In this document: in pieces, positions 52,386 to 63,716 of the stretch | Position numbering within the stretch: the first letter of the stretch is position 1 | How the letters are laid out: every line of letters begins with the position of its first letter | DNA from: an uncultured Methanomicrobiales archaeon | GTDB taxonomy: Archaea; Halobacteriota; Methanomicrobia; Methanomicrobiales; Methanospirillaceae | Direction: 5' to 3' | Length of the DNA: 64,000 nucleotides | Assembly: GCA_963697895.1 (NCBI GenBank) | Contig: OY969100.1 | Coordinates: 1,248,001 to 1,312,000, forward strand | Notes under the pieces: generated by a model | Databases searched by the model: none | The model's input: the letters and a program-made list of their open reading frames with translations, nothing else | What the model was told of the DNA's origin: nothing | Translations under genes and position numbers: made by a program

Positions 52386-53000
52386 TCAGAGTTTCTCTTC
52401 CAGCAGTGCGCGGATAATCCTTAATTCCTCGAGGATTTGCGTGTCCGTTGTTTTACCCGCGATGGGGGTTGGCGTCGAACCGGTCCCGGTCCCGTCACCG
52501 CCTGCGGCACAGCTTCGCACCATGGTGCGGATGAGTTCCCGGAGTTCTTCCGCATGCACAATCCCCTCGATACTGATCTCTGCCTGGGCCTTGCCCGAAT
52601 ACCCTGCGGTCTGGATGGAAAGCGTGGAAATGCTGAGGACCCGCATGACAGGTCCCTGCCTGATGTCAATATTCGTGATCCGGTTATACGGAACGATGCC
52701 CGTTCTCCGGAACAGTACTCCCCGCCGCCACCGCATCTCGTCCCGGTGGAGCTCGTACCACATGCTCTCATAGTAGAGCTTCGTCCAGACGATAAAAAGA
52801 ACGACGCCCGCGGCAATTCCTCCAATAATAGCATAGATGGTTGCAAGGCCGACCGCCGTGAACATGATGACCGGGAGGAATGCGACCACGATGACGAAGA
52901 GTACCAGGAGAAGGAAGTTCGTGATGAACCAGGTAACCAGCGAAGGTGAGGGTTTGAACGGTGCATTCAGGGGAAAATACTCACTGTCCATACTATTCAT
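52386..53000 (-). CDS. Membrane protein with a bacterial PH domain (YdbS-like)
   Basis: Two TM helices, then RGVLFRRT..VPYNRITNIDIRQGPVMR.....L.IQTAG. Confidence 0.85.
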   Translation of the reverse strand: MNSMDSEYFPLNAPFKPSPSLVTWFITNFLLLVLFVIVVAFLPVIMFTAVGLATIYAIIGGIAAGVVLFIVWTKLYYESMWYELHRDEMRWRRGVLFRRTGIVPYNRITNIDIRQGPVMRVLSISTLSIQTAGYSGKAQAEISIEGIVHAEELRELIRTMVRSCAAGGDGTGTGSTPTPIAGKTTDTQILEELRIIRALLEEKL

Positions 53001-53190
53001 GGGAAAGTGACCCCGATAAGAGTATCGTGTCGCAGAACTGGATTATAGAAAAGGGAACAGGATACAGACAGAAAATAGTGCAAACATAGGCCCGGAGTTT
53101 ACGAAAACTTTTCATAAAAAGTGCAGTAATTTCTTAGATATACTAAAATCCGGTTTAAAAGGAGATTTCCCTGAATTCAGAGCGTAACAA

Positions 53191-53264
53191 TGGGCTCGAG
53201 GAGATTCGAACTCCTGACCTCCGCCATGTCAAGGCGACGTCATAGCCAGCTAGACCACGAGCCC
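53191..53264 (-). tRNA. tRNA-Val (GAC), intronless, CCA not encoded
   Basis: GGGCTCGTGGTCTAGCTGGCTATGACGTCGCCTT-GAC-ATGGCGGAGGTCAGGAGTTCGAATCTCCTCGAGCCCA folds as a cloverleaf. Confidence 0.96.
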
Positions 53265-53798
53265 GCACCAATTGAGCGAGATGCTCTTTAACGTGGGTCG
53301 CCGTACTATTAAATTATTCTCTTTTTGTGTGTTCGAAGCCGGCATAAACCTGATTCCTGGCTTTATTTTCAGGGATCGTGACCAATGCAACGGGATAGAA
53401 CTGTTATCCCGTTGTGCATATCAAATCGAAGAGACGGGGGAAAAACAGGTTGATCCCTGGTCCCGGGGGCGCTTTCAGTGGTATGTTCTCCTCCCGGGAA
53501 GGCAGGGAACAATGTGGAAACATCTTCACCCCCGAGGGCCAGGATATTATCAAGAGTTATTTAGCGAGTATGGCGAGAGCGCAGGGAAAACAACTCGCCG
53601 GTCAACTCCCGGTGCCAATCCCCGGGAACCCCGACGTTATATATGGCAGACACTGAAGCAACCATTCGAATGCTTACCCTGAAGAAACCGATTATGCCCG
53701 TTTTCTCTCTCTTTTCCTTGAATCGACCCTAATCGATTCCATATAATTCCGGCAGGTTCATACCCGGGAGGACCTGATTACTGTATGGAGTAAGACAG

Positions 53799-54122
53799 AT
53801 GGTGGAAGAAAAAAAAGAACAGTTATTCGTCTATGAGCATAATGCCCGCAGATGGGAACTGCTCGTGCGAATCGTGTACTGGATCCTTATCGGCATTGTC
53901 ATAACGGTGTACGGTTTTATCGCATTCATCGTACTCTTCATCCAGTGGTTCGTCATCCTCATTCTCGGCAGGCGGAACGAGGGACTTTCAGATTTCGCGA
54001 AGGGATATCTGGAATACTACGTGCATGTGCTCAGTTACACATATATCATGACCGACAAACGTCCCCATATCCTGCCCGTCCCGGTGAAGATATTCGAAGA
54101 GGATATCCCGAAAAATGAGTGA
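53799..54122 (+). CDS. DUF4389-like membrane protein
   Basis: ELLVR....I...IQWFVILILGRR...L.DF....Y...TDKRP pattern. Confidence 0.75.
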   Translation: MVEEKKEQLFVYEHNARRWELLVRIVYWILIGIVITVYGFIAFIVLFIQWFVILILGRRNEGLSDFAKGYLEYYVHVLSYTYIMTDKRPHILPVPVKIFEEDIPKNE

Positions 54123-54166
54123 TGCGACCCGGAAAGGGTCTCGCAGCATTCTTTTTGTTTCTGTTT

Positions 54167-55769
54167 TCAGATGAATTTGTCCGAGAGCTTGGCGAACTTT
54201 GCAGTGAATATACCGACCTTTGCCCGGATCTCGTCCATGACTTCGGGGGGAACCTCGCTGTCCACGTTCAGCACCATGATCGCTTCCTCCCCGGGATGGA
54301 TCCGGCCGACCTGCATCCCGGCGATATTGATTTTCGCCGCCCCGAGGATCGTCGATGCCCTCCCGATAACCCCGGGTTTGTCGAGGTGCCGGGAGACGAT
54401 GACGTATCCCTCCGGTATCATATCCATGGTATATTTGCCGATTGCGACGATCCTGCTCCTCCCCTTGAAGAAGACGGTGCCGCTCATCATCTCCTCTCCC
54501 TTATCGGTCTTCACCCGGATAGTGATCAGGTTTTTAAACCCGAGGGATTCGGGGGTGATCGTCTCGGAGAAGCTGATTCCGCGCTCACTTGCAATGAACT
54601 CGGCGTTGACGATGTTGACCGGGACCTGGAGGATCGGATCCAGAAGCCCCTTGAGGGTAAGCCGGGTGATGAACCGGGTATTATTGCTTGACTGCGAGAG
54701 CTCCCCGCCATAGATGATCTCGACCTTCTCTAATCTCCCCTCCGCAATCTGGATCAGGAACCGTCCCATTTTCTCAGCGAGAACCGCAAACGGCTCGACG
54801 AAGTCCTGCTGTTCCGGCGGGACAAGCGGGGCGTTCACGACATACTTCGCCGATCCTCCTTCCAGGACCGATATACACTGTTTGGCGATTGATATTGCGA
54901 CATTCTGCTGAGCCTCGACTGGTACTCGCCCCGAGGTGCGGGGTCGCGATCACCTGGTCGAGATCGAGGAGGGGTGAATGGATCGGCGGCTCCTCCTCAA
55001 AGACATCGATGGCGGCCCCGGCCACTTTTCCGGAAACAATCGCGTCATAGAGCGCTTTCTCATCGATGATCCCGCCGCGGGCGCAGTTGATGATACGGAC
55101 GCCGTCCTTCATGGTAGCGATGCTCCGGGCATTGATCACATGACGGGTCTCCTTGATCAGCGGGGTATGGACGGTGATGATATCCGAGACCCGGAAGAGT
55201 TCCTCGAGGGACATCAGGTCCACTCCCATCTGGGTGGCGCGGTCCGTGCTGATGAACGGGTCATAACCGGCGATATGCATTCCCATTACACTCGCCCTTT
55301 TCGCAACTTCCCGGCCGATTCTTCCGAGACCCACGACCCCGAGTGTTTTTTCGTTCAACTCTATCCCCATGAATTTGGATCGCTTCCATTGCTTCTGTTT
55401 CAGCGATGCATCTGCCTGGGGGATGTTCCGGGCAAGGGATAGCATCATCGCCATGGTATGCTCTGTGGCCGCGAGCGTGTTCCCTTCCGGGGCATTGGCA
55501 ACGATGATTCCCCGTCGGGTTGCGGCTTCCATATCGATATTATCCACACCGGCGCCGGCACGGCCGATAAATTTCAGTTTTTTTCCGGCCTCGATCACCC
55601 GTGCGGTCACCTCTGTCCCGCTCCGGACGAGGAGGGCATCATACTCCCCGATGAGGGCGACGATGGCATCCTCCGAAAGATCCGTCTTCACATCGACGTC
55701 ATACTTCTCCCGGAGGATGGCAAGACCTTCTTCCGCCAGCGGGTCGCTGACGAGTATTCTATCGCTCAC
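54167..55769 (-). CDS. serA: D-3-phosphoglycerate dehydrogenase with ASB and ACT domains (one +1 indel near 54920)
   Basis: GRAGAGVDNID, GLGRIG, NCARGG and TPHLGAST, then the second frame VEAQQNVA...VNAP...DKPGVIG...INIAGMQ. Confidence 0.93.
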
Positions 55770-55821
55770 AATAAGACCCATACCATATCTGCTCCTCATC
55801 TATTCAATCGTTCTCTGCACG

Positions 55822-55840
55822 GGAGAGGAAATTCCTCTCC
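55822..55840. promoter_or_regulatory. 19-bp palindrome in the serA/ppsA divergent region
   Basis: GGAGAGGAA-A-TTCCTCTCC, perfect 9-bp arms. Confidence 0.35.
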
Positions 55841-56067
55841 AGAGGAGGATTCGGGGATGTCCCCTTTAGGGTATTTGGAGAACGGCGCATCGACAGAACA
55901 AGCCCCGAAAGAGCTTCCTTTTGTGCCCGGTGATAGAGGCTGGCAGGAGGCAGTGCCGGGGGGGTATCGACCAGATCGGAATTTCGCAGAAATCGCCCGG
56001 CCAATCCTCCGGAGCAGCCGGTAAACAATATTAAAATCACATAAGGTGAGATCATAGTGGTGCGTGC

Positions 56068-58347
56068 ATGAAACAGGTGCCTCATATTTTATGGCTCGAA
56101 GAGATCCGGAAGGAGGATATCGTCGCTGTCGGAGGGAAAGGCGCATCTCTCGGGGAGATGTCTTCGATCGGGCTTCCGGTTCCACGGGCCTTTGTAGTCA
56201 CGAGCCAGGCATTTCGCGAATTTTTGGGGGTAACCGGGATTGAGGATACCCTTTTCAAAGACCTTGAGCGCCTGAATGTCGAAGACAACGAAGCACTGGA
56301 GAAGGCTGCAGATCGTGCCAAAAAAGCGGTCATGAAGGCACAGATGCCCGATGGGATCCGGGAGGATATCCGGGCGGCGTATCACCGGATGAGCGAGAAA
56401 GATCTCATTGTTGCAGTGCGATCGAGCGCGACCGCGGAAGACCTTCCCGATGCCAGTTTTGCGGGACAGCAGGAGACATACCTGAATATACGAGGTGAGA
56501 AGAACCTCCTTACTGCTGTCCAGAAGTGCTGGGCATCGCTCTATGGGGCACGGGCCATCTATTACCGCGCAAAACAGGGGTTCGATGACCGGAGCGTTAA
56601 TATCGCGGTGGTTATCCAGGAACTCGTGAATTCGGAGAAGGCGGGAGTCATGTTCACCTCTCACCCGGTCACCGGGGAGTCCCTGGCGATCATCGAGGGA
56701 TCCTGGGGGCTCGGTGAATCGGTTGTTTCCGGTTCGGTCTCTCCGGACAAATATGTCTTCGACCAGTGTTCCGGAAAGGTGGTTGACCGGTTGATCGGGA
56801 CGAAGCTCATCGAGATCGTCGCTGACGGAGAACATGGAACAAAGACGTTAAATGTACCGGAAGTCCGGCAGAAAGCGACTGTACTCTCCGATGCCGAGGT
56901 GACGCGCCTTGCGATGTACGGGAAGATCGCCGAGGATCATTATGGAACTCCCCAGGATGTGGAGTGGGGCATCGTAGGCGATACGATATACATTCTCCAG
57001 TCCCGGCCTATCACGACGATCAAAAACACGGGCGGAACACCGGCAACAGTCGAGGAAGGCCAGGGTGCCGTTATCCTCCAGGGTCAGGGGGCCTCACCCG
57101 GAATCGCATCCGGCAAGGTCGTGATCGTTGCGGATGCAAAGGATACCGGAAAAGTCCGGGAAGGGGATATTCTCGTGACACGGATGACCAATCCCGATAT
57201 GGTCCCGGCGATGCGGAAGGTAGCGGCGATCGTAACGGACGAGGGTGGTATGACCTGCCATGCCGCCATTGTAAGCAGGGAACTCGGGACACCGGCGGTC
57301 GTGGGAACGAAGCGGGGTACCGTTGTGCTCAAACAGGGTCAGCTGGTCACCGTGGACGGGGAGAGAGGACTTATCTACGAGGGGGCGATTGCAAAACCGG
57401 CATCACAGGCAGCAGCGGCACCAGTTCCCAGCGGGGGGGCACCGATCATCACGGCAACGAGCGTGAAGGTAAATGTGTCTATCCCGGACGCTGCCCAGCG
57501 GGCGGCGGCAACAGGCGCGGACGGGGTTGGACTTCTCCGGATCGAGCATATGATACTTGGTCTCAACAAGACCCCGGGATGGTACATCACGCAGCATAAG
57601 GAGGAAGAGTTCATCCAGGAGCTCTATCGGGGTATCAAAACGGTACTCGACGCCTTTCATGGCAAGCCGGTCTGGGTCCGGACCCTCGATGCCCCGACCG
57701 ATGAATTCAGGAATATGGCGGGAGGCGAGAACGAGCCGATCGAACATAACCCGATGCTCGGGTGGAGGGGGATCCGTCGCGATCTCCAGACCCCGGACCA
57801 GTTCCGGCTCCAGGTGGAAGCATTCCGCCGGCTCTGGGAACAGGGATATGACAACCTCGGGGTGATGTTTCCGATGGTCTCCCACCCGGACGAGTTCATA
57901 CAGGCCTGTGAACAGATGCAGCAATGGGGAGTCGACACCGACCGGGCGACCCTCGGGATCATGATCGAGATTCCGAGCAGCGCCCTCCTGATCCAGGATT
58001 TTATCGAGGCCGGTATTGCGTTTGCATCGTTCGGCACCAATGACCTTATACAGTACACCCTGGCGATCGATCGGAACAACGAGCATCTCGGGGATATGTA
58101 CAAGCCGAAGCACCCGGCGGTGCTCTCCCTGATCGATTTCGCGATAAGGGCGTGCAGGGAGGCAGGTGTTGAATGCTCGATCTGCGGGCAGGCCGGTTCC
58201 GATCCATCCATGGTGGAATGGCTCGTGGAGCATGGGATCACGAGTGTTTCGGCAAATATCGATGCCATATCCAAGATCCGCGAGGCGGTCGCCCGAACCG
58301 AACTGCGGATCATCCTCGATAGTGCGAGAACAAAGAATGCGGGATAA
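56068..58347 (+). CDS. ppsA: Phosphoenolpyruvate synthase
   Basis: VGGKGASLGE, AVRSSATAEDLPDASFAGQQET, GGMTCHAAIVSRELG, EHNPMLGWRG and SFGTNDL motifs. Confidence 0.96.
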   Translation: MKQVPHILWLEEIRKEDIVAVGGKGASLGEMSSIGLPVPRAFVVTSQAFREFLGVTGIEDTLFKDLERLNVEDNEALEKAADRAKKAVMKAQMPDGIREDIRAAYHRMSEKDLIVAVRSSATAEDLPDASFAGQQETYLNIRGEKNLLTAVQKCWASLYGARAIYYRAKQGFDDRSVNIAVVIQELVNSEKAGVMFTSHPVTGESLAIIEGSWGLGESVVSGSVSPDKYVFDQCSGKVVDRLIGTKLIEIVADGEHGTKTLNVPEVRQKATVLSDAEVTRLAMYGKIAEDHYGTPQDVEWGIVGDTIYILQSRPITTIKNTGGTPATVEEGQGAVILQGQGASPGIASGKVVIVADAKDTGKVREGDILVTRMTNPDMVPAMRKVAAIVTDEGGMTCHAAIVSRELGTPAVVGTKRGTVVLKQGQLVTVDGERGLIYEGAIAKPASQAAAAPVPSGGAPIITATSVKVNVSIPDAAQRAAATGADGVGLLRIEHMILGLNKTPGWYITQHKEEEFIQELYRGIKTVLDAFHGKPVWVRTLDAPTDEFRNMAGGENEPIEHNPMLGWRGIRRDLQTPDQFRLQVEAFRRLWEQGYDNLGVMFPMVSHPDEFIQACEQMQQWGVDTDRATLGIMIEIPSSALLIQDFIEAGIAFASFGTNDLIQYTLAIDRNNEHLGDMYKPKHPAVLSLIDFAIRACREAGVECSICGQAGSDPSMVEWLVEHGITSVSANIDAISKIREAVARTELRIILDSARTKNAG

Positions 58348-59437
58348 GGGTTGCCCGGAGGAAGAACTCTTCTCTTACCTCTTATCCCGAAAGAGTGAGG
58401 ACCTGGAATGCACGCATATCCTGTCTTCGATGTGCACGGTACCTCACCCGGTCGCGATCCGGGCTCACCGGATGTTTATAGGGACAAACCTGGGAGACCC
58501 GGGTCTTTTTCCGGGTACTGCGGGACTGGAACAGCGGCTCATTGAAGAGTTCGCTCAGCTCTTCCACCATCAGGGGGCCTGCGGATACGCGACGTCCGGC
58601 GGCACCGAATCGAATATCCAGGCGTTAAGGCTCGCAAAATCGCGGGGCAAAAAGTCCTCCCCGAATGTCGTCCTTCCGGAGTCTGCTCACTTTTCCTTCC
58701 AGAAGGCATGCGATATTCTCTGCCTGGAGATAAGGACCGTACCACTGGACGAGAACTACCGGGTGGATCTCGGGCAGGCTGAGGCGGCTATCGATGAACA
58801 GACCTGCTGCCTGGTAGGCGTCGCGGGGACGACGGAATACGGCATGGTGGATCCGATCCCGGAACTGGCCGATCTCGCGTCCGAGAATGATATCTTTTTC
58901 CATGTCGATGCCGCATTCGGAGGGATGGTCCTCCCCTTCCTCGATCATCAGGTTCCCTTCGATTTTTCCCTTCCGGGGGTCAGCAGCATAGCGGTCGACC
59001 CCCATAAGATGGGCATGGGCACCATCCCGTCCGGCTGCCTTCTGGTGCGTGATCCGGGGATAATATGCGAACTTTCCGTGGATACCCCGTACCTTACGGT
59101 GAAGCGGGAGTTCACCCTCTCCGGGACCCGCCCGGGTGCCCCGGTCGTCGCGGCACTGGCAGTGCTTGAGTTTCTCGGAAGGGAAGGTATGCAGGCCGTG
59201 GTAGAAGGATGCATGAAGAATACCCGGCGGCTGATCACCGGGATGGAGACGTTCGGAATACCCAGGGTTGTTACTCCCGATGTGAACGTGGCGACCTTTT
59301 CCACCGATGCGGAGATTCCTCTGCCATGGCAGGTGTCCCGTACCCGGCGGGGACACCTCCGGATAGTCTGCATGCCCCATGTGCATGCAGGGATCATCGA
59401 GGAGTTTTTACGCGATATTGGTGAAGTATATGCTTGA
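58337..59437 (+). CDS. mfnA: L-tyrosine/L-aspartate decarboxylase MfnA
   Basis: [36 protein letters not shown] and DPHKMG motifs. Confidence 0.92.
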   Translation: MRDKGCPEEELFSYLLSRKSEDLECTHILSSMCTVPHPVAIRAHRMFIGTNLGDPGLFPGTAGLEQRLIEEFAQLFHHQGACGYATSGGTESNIQALRLAKSRGKKSSPNVVLPESAHFSFQKACDILCLEIRTVPLDENYRVDLGQAEAAIDEQTCCLVGVAGTTEYGMVDPIPELADLASENDIFFHVDAAFGGMVLPFLDHQVPFDFSLPGVSSIAVDPHKMGMGTIPSGCLLVRDPGIICELSVDTPYLTVKREFTLSGTRPGAPVVAALAVLEFLGREGMQAVVEGCMKNTRRLITGMETFGIPRVVTPDVNVATFSTDAEIPLPWQVSRTRRGHLRIVCMPHVHAGIIEEFLRDIGEVYA

Positions 59438-59978
59438 AAGACTGATTGAATCGCTGGAGACCTGCCCACTCGTGAAACGGGGGGAATATAACTACTTCAT
59501 ACACCCGATCACCGACGGCGTGCCGATCGTCGAGCCGGCACTCCTTCGCGAGGTCGCTACCGCGATGGTGAAGGCGCTCGACCTAGATACGATCGACAAA
59601 ATCGTCGTCTGCGAGGCGATGGGAATCCATATCGGAACCGTACTCTCCCTGATGACTGATATTCCGCTGAATATTGTGCGGAAACGGGAGTACCGCCTCC
59701 CGGGCGAGATTGTCATCGATCAGGCAACGGGGTATTCGCAGGGGAAGCTGTATGTAAATGGTATCGTAGAGGGCGACCGGGTCGTTATAGTCGATGATGT
59801 GATCAGTACCGGCGGGACCATCCGGGCGCTCCTGCCTGCCCTCGACCGGGCAGGGGCGGAGGTAGTGGACATTTGTTTTGCTATCCAGCGGGGATCCCCG
59901 TCCATCGGCAGGCCCTATAAATCCCTGGTGCGGATCGAGGTCACGGACCGGGTGCAGATCCTTGATCGATACTGCTGA
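59430..59978 (+). CDS. hpt: Hypoxanthine/guanine phosphoribosyltransferase (archaeal)
   Basis: [28 protein letters not shown] and [10 protein letters not shown] motifs. Confidence 0.9.
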   Translation: MLERLIESLETCPLVKRGEYNYFIHPITDGVPIVEPALLREVATAMVKALDLDTIDKIVVCEAMGIHIGTVLSLMTDIPLNIVRKREYRLPGEIVIDQATGYSQGKLYVNGIVEGDRVVIVDDVISTGGTIRALLPALDRAGAEVVDICFAIQRGSPSIGRPYKSLVRIEVTDRVQILDRYC

Positions 59979-60903
59979 CCTGATCCGGCAGCTCCGCGAA
60001 CGGGGGGCACACCGGGTTGCCCTCCAGCTCCCGGAAGGACTGAAGCGGCAGGCCATCGGAATTTCATCAACACTCCGGGAGGCAGGTTTCTCGGTGATCA
60101 TCGATGGGGATCCCTGCTATGGCGCCTGCGATCTGGCACTGGATGCCCTGGAATATGCAGACATCCTGGTGCACTTCGGTCACACCCCGCTCACCCCGCA
60201 TAAGGGTGTCCTGTATGAACCGTTCACGATGGATTTTGATCCCGCGGTACTGCTGCATGCCATACCTCTCCTTTCCGGAACATGCGTGGGTCTCGTGACG
60301 ACCGCACAGCATGCCCATATGGTTCCCGTTATGCAGCAATTTCTGAAGGAGCAGGGCATCACCTGCACGATCTCCCCTGGGGGAGGAAGGACACCGCTCC
60401 CTGCCCAGATCCTGGGTTGCTCTTATTACGCCGCCAGGGAGACCGGGGCCAGCGAGATACTGTACGTCGGGACCGGCGAATTTCATCCGCTCGGGGTCCA
60501 GCTCGCGACCGGTGCCCGGGTGGTTGCACTCGATCCCTACACCGGCGAGGCACGCGGGATCGACGCGTACCGGCTCCTGCGGCGACGTTTTGCCCTGATC
60601 GAGAAGGCAAAATCGGCTGAATCCTACGGAATTATCGTAAGCCTCAAGTCAGGACAAGGTCGGATGGATTTGGCCGAGCGGCTTGCATCGCTTCATCCAA
60701 AAGCAATCGTAGTAACGATGCGTGAAGTGAACCCGGAGCAGCTCATGAACTTAGGGTTTCCCTGTTATGTTAACACGGCATGCCCCAGGCTTGCTTTTGA
60801 CGATCAGGTCCGGTTTCCTGCCCCGGTTATCACCCCTCAGGAGTTTGAGATCGTCTGCGGGGTCCGGACCTGGGAGCAGTATACCATAGATGAGATGACC
60901 TGA
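59962..60903 (+). CDS. dph2: Diphthamide biosynthesis enzyme Dph2
   Basis: [24 protein letters not shown] and NTACPR (three Fe-S Cys). Confidence 0.94.
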   Translation: MIDTADLIRQLRERGAHRVALQLPEGLKRQAIGISSTLREAGFSVIIDGDPCYGACDLALDALEYADILVHFGHTPLTPHKGVLYEPFTMDFDPAVLLHAIPLLSGTCVGLVTTAQHAHMVPVMQQFLKEQGITCTISPGGGRTPLPAQILGCSYYAARETGASEILYVGTGEFHPLGVQLATGARVVALDPYTGEARGIDAYRLLRRRFALIEKAKSAESYGIIVSLKSGQGRMDLAERLASLHPKAIVVTMREVNPEQLMNLGFPCYVNTACPRLAFDDQVRFPAPVITPQEFEIVCGVRTWEQYTIDEMT

Positions 60904-60904
60904 A

Positions 60905-61522
60905 ATGAGATTGCGGCAACTGGAGATCCTTCTTGAGGGGCTCGGGAGCTATCGGAATCCCGCACCACATCTGGAACAGTACCAGACCCCGGCCCCCCTT
61001 GCTGCCCGGCTGCTCCACCAGGCAAGTATGGAGGGAGAGATCAATGGCCGTTCCGTCTGCGACCTAGGGTGCGGGACGGGGATCCTTGCGATCGGTGCGG
61101 CAATACTGGGCGGCGATCCGGTATTCGGTATTGACATCGATGAGGAGGCGCTCCGGATCGCCCGCCAAAACGCTGTATCCAGCGGGGTGAATCCTGAATT
61201 CATCCAGGGTGATCTCAGGGACCCTTCCTTCATCGGTCGTATTCCCCGGTGCGACACCGTGGTTATGAACCCGCCGTTCGGTGCGCAGACCGCCCATGCA
61301 GACCGGCCGTTCATCGATGCTGCTCTCGACATCGGCCAGGTATGCTATGGGATATTTAATGCAGGCTCCCGGATCTTCATCGAGGGGTATGTGCAGGGAC
61401 GGGCAACCCTGGAGGAGGTGGTATCTGCCCGCTTCCCGATCAAACGGACATTCTCTTTCCATACCCGCGAGGTCCGGGAGATCGATGTCGAGATCATCAG
61501 GTTCAGACGGCGGGGATTATGA
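60905..61522 (+). CDS. METTL5-like N6-adenine methyltransferase
   Basis: LEQYQTP, DLGCGTG, VVMNPPFG and HADRPF motifs. Confidence 0.9.
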   Translation: MRLRQLEILLEGLGSYRNPAPHLEQYQTPAPLAARLLHQASMEGEINGRSVCDLGCGTGILAIGAAILGGDPVFGIDIDEEALRIARQNAVSSGVNPEFIQGDLRDPSFIGRIPRCDTVVMNPPFGAQTAHADRPFIDAALDIGQVCYGIFNAGSRIFIEGYVQGRATLEEVVSARFPIKRTFSFHTREVREIDVEIIRFRRRGL

Positions 61523-62683
61523 CCGACCGGACGGTCTATACCCTCTCGCTCGCCCATATGGTCACCGACCTGTACCTCCCGGTAATCACCGCAATGCTGC
61601 CGCTCCTCATCCTTACCTACGGGTACAGCTATTTCCTCGCGGGCCTCCTGGTCACCGCATATAACCTCATGTCCTCATTCACGCAGCCGTTCTTTGGCTG
61701 GGCCTCCGACCGGCACGGGGTGCAGATCCCTATATTCATCAGTCTCCTGATTTCAGCGGTCTTTGTTTCGCTGATGGGTTTTATTGGCTCCTATCCCCTG
61801 CTCCTGCTTTGTGCCGCCCTGGCCGCGATAGGACATTCGTCATTTCATCCCGCGGCGCTCTCGATGGTGAGCCGGCTCGCGAGCAATGTCAACCGGGGTA
61901 AGATAACCTCGATCTTCGTTGTCGGGGGAAACCTTGGCTATGCCCTCGGCCCGCTCCTCGCCGGGTTTGCCCTCGCCGCCGCCGGTCTCCCGGGGGTTGC
62001 CCTGCTTGTTATCCCCGCTCTCGTCGTGGCAGTTATCCTGAAATGGGTCATGCCGGCGCTCCGGGCACGATCTCCCCGTGAAGTGCAGAAAACCCCTTCT
62101 GTCTCAGGGTACCTCCGCAAAAAGAGCGTTGATGGTCCTGTTTTCCGCATCGACGGTCCGGGCATGGGCGGCATTTGCGGCGATCGCGTTCCTTCCTCCA
62201 TATCTTATCCAGGAGGGTTATTCGCTCCTCTCTGCAGATCTCCTGGTTTCCGGTATGCTCCTTGCAGGGGTTGCCGGCCAGATCATCGGCGGGATCCTCT
62301 CCGACCGGTACGGGAGAAAGGAGTTCGTGATCGCGGGGCTTCTCCTCTCCATCCCTCCGTTCCTCCTGTTCCTCTTCTCGGGCGGTGTTATCCAGATCGT
62401 CAGCCTCGTCCTTTTCGGGTTCACCCTCTGGTCCAGCTTTGCGATCACGGTGGCGATGTCCCACGAGATCATGCCGGAACAGATCGGGTTTACCTCCGGC
62501 CTCATGATCGGAGTCGCCATCGGAGCCGGGGGGATCGGCGTTGCGATCAGCGGTATTCTTGCAGACGCATTCTCTCTCCGTGCGGCACTCCTCATGCTCC
62601 CGATCCTCATCCTCGCGGCGGCGGTCCTGGTCGGTATAATGCATTATCCCTGGAGGAGCGGGCGGGTCCATGCAGCCGCATGA
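61519..62683 (+). CDS. MFS transporter, Fsr-like (one indel near 62090-62110)
   Basis: AHMVTDLY, QPFFG..SDR, SFHP and GGNLGYALGP, then the second frame ...GGILSDRYGRK... Confidence 0.85.
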
Positions 62684-62800
62684 GCAATTACGGGGAAATT
62701 GTTGATTAAACCAGGAAATCCGGATAATGTCGATGCCCATTGCCGGGTTGGTCCACGGCCTCTTCGGCTCGTGGGCTAATCTGCCATACCTGGATCCTCC

Positions 62801-63514
62801 TCATTCGTGACCGGCGCTTTGGGCCGGGACAGGGGTCCGTGCCTTTATCCGGTGCCACTGAAGGGCACGGACGATATCCCGGTTCACGAGCCACCACATG
62901 AACGGGGTCAGGACCAGCACAACCACCGCGAAGCCGATGTCGTAATCGAGCAGGAAGTTGAAGAGCCCGTGGAAGAACATCGCGGTAAAGAGGCCGGTGA
63001 GGATAACCCGCCGGCGCTGTGAGGTCGGGAGGAATTTTGCTCTTCCGAGGGCATCTCCCCAAATGATAGAGAAGAGGGCGTGGCCGGGCACCGAGATCAC
63101 CGACCGGAATACGCCGGTGGTGATCGCCCCCGTGATATCTGCCGACGAAAAGACATAGAGGACGTTCTCGAGGGTGGCGAACCCGAGCGCGGCCGCGGCT
63201 GCATACACGATCCCGTCCACCGGCTCATCGAATTCGGGTGAATTGTAGACCGTGTGACGGACGACGGCATATTTGGAATATTCCTCGATGATGGGTGCAA
63301 CGATAACGGCGATGGCAAATGCGGGTACGAAGAGCCCGATCAGTCCTTCGGTGAGGCCGACGGGGATCGTGATGGCGAGTCCGAGGAGATAGACGTAGAC
63401 CACCCAGGAGAGCGGCTCGGGTTTTACCTTATCCCGGTGATAGAAGTACCAGAGCCAGAAGATGCCGGGCGCTATCGCAAGGACGATGAAGGGAGCGACC
63501 GGGAGGGAGGCCAT
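62801..63514 (-). CDS. PrsW-family intramembrane metalloprotease
   Basis: D...PEP, APIIEEYSK, DGIVY, GFATLENVLY, PGHA and FHGLFN motifs. Confidence 0.92.
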   Translation of the reverse strand: MASLPVAPFIVLAIAPGIFWLWYFYHRDKVKPEPLSWVVYVYLLGLAITIPVGLTEGLIGLFVPAFAIAVIVAPIIEEYSKYAVVRHTVYNSPEFDEPVDGIVYAAAAALGFATLENVLYVFSSADITGAITTGVFRSVISVPGHALFSIIWGDALGRAKFLPTSQRRRVILTGLFTAMFFHGLFNFLLDYDIGFAVVVLVLTPFMWWLVNRDIVRALQWHRIKARTPVPAQSAGHE

Positions 63515-63716
63515 GGTGTGAGTAGAGAGACAATTGATATAATAATCTTTTTATTCTGACTTTCAAAAGAAAAACGAAAATAAACCTGACGATTTCAAAA
63601 CTGCCGCTCCTCGTCCATTCACAATCTGAAAAGGTTTATTAATTGGTCAGACAAAAGGAGAGTGTTACCATCATTGGACCGTTCATCGGGCAATACCTAA
63701 TGGGGTGAAGGTATCT

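Noticed and set aside
53191-53264. tRNA-Val as an integration site for a mobile element
   Set aside because: No integrase and no duplicated tRNA 3' end seen in the window.
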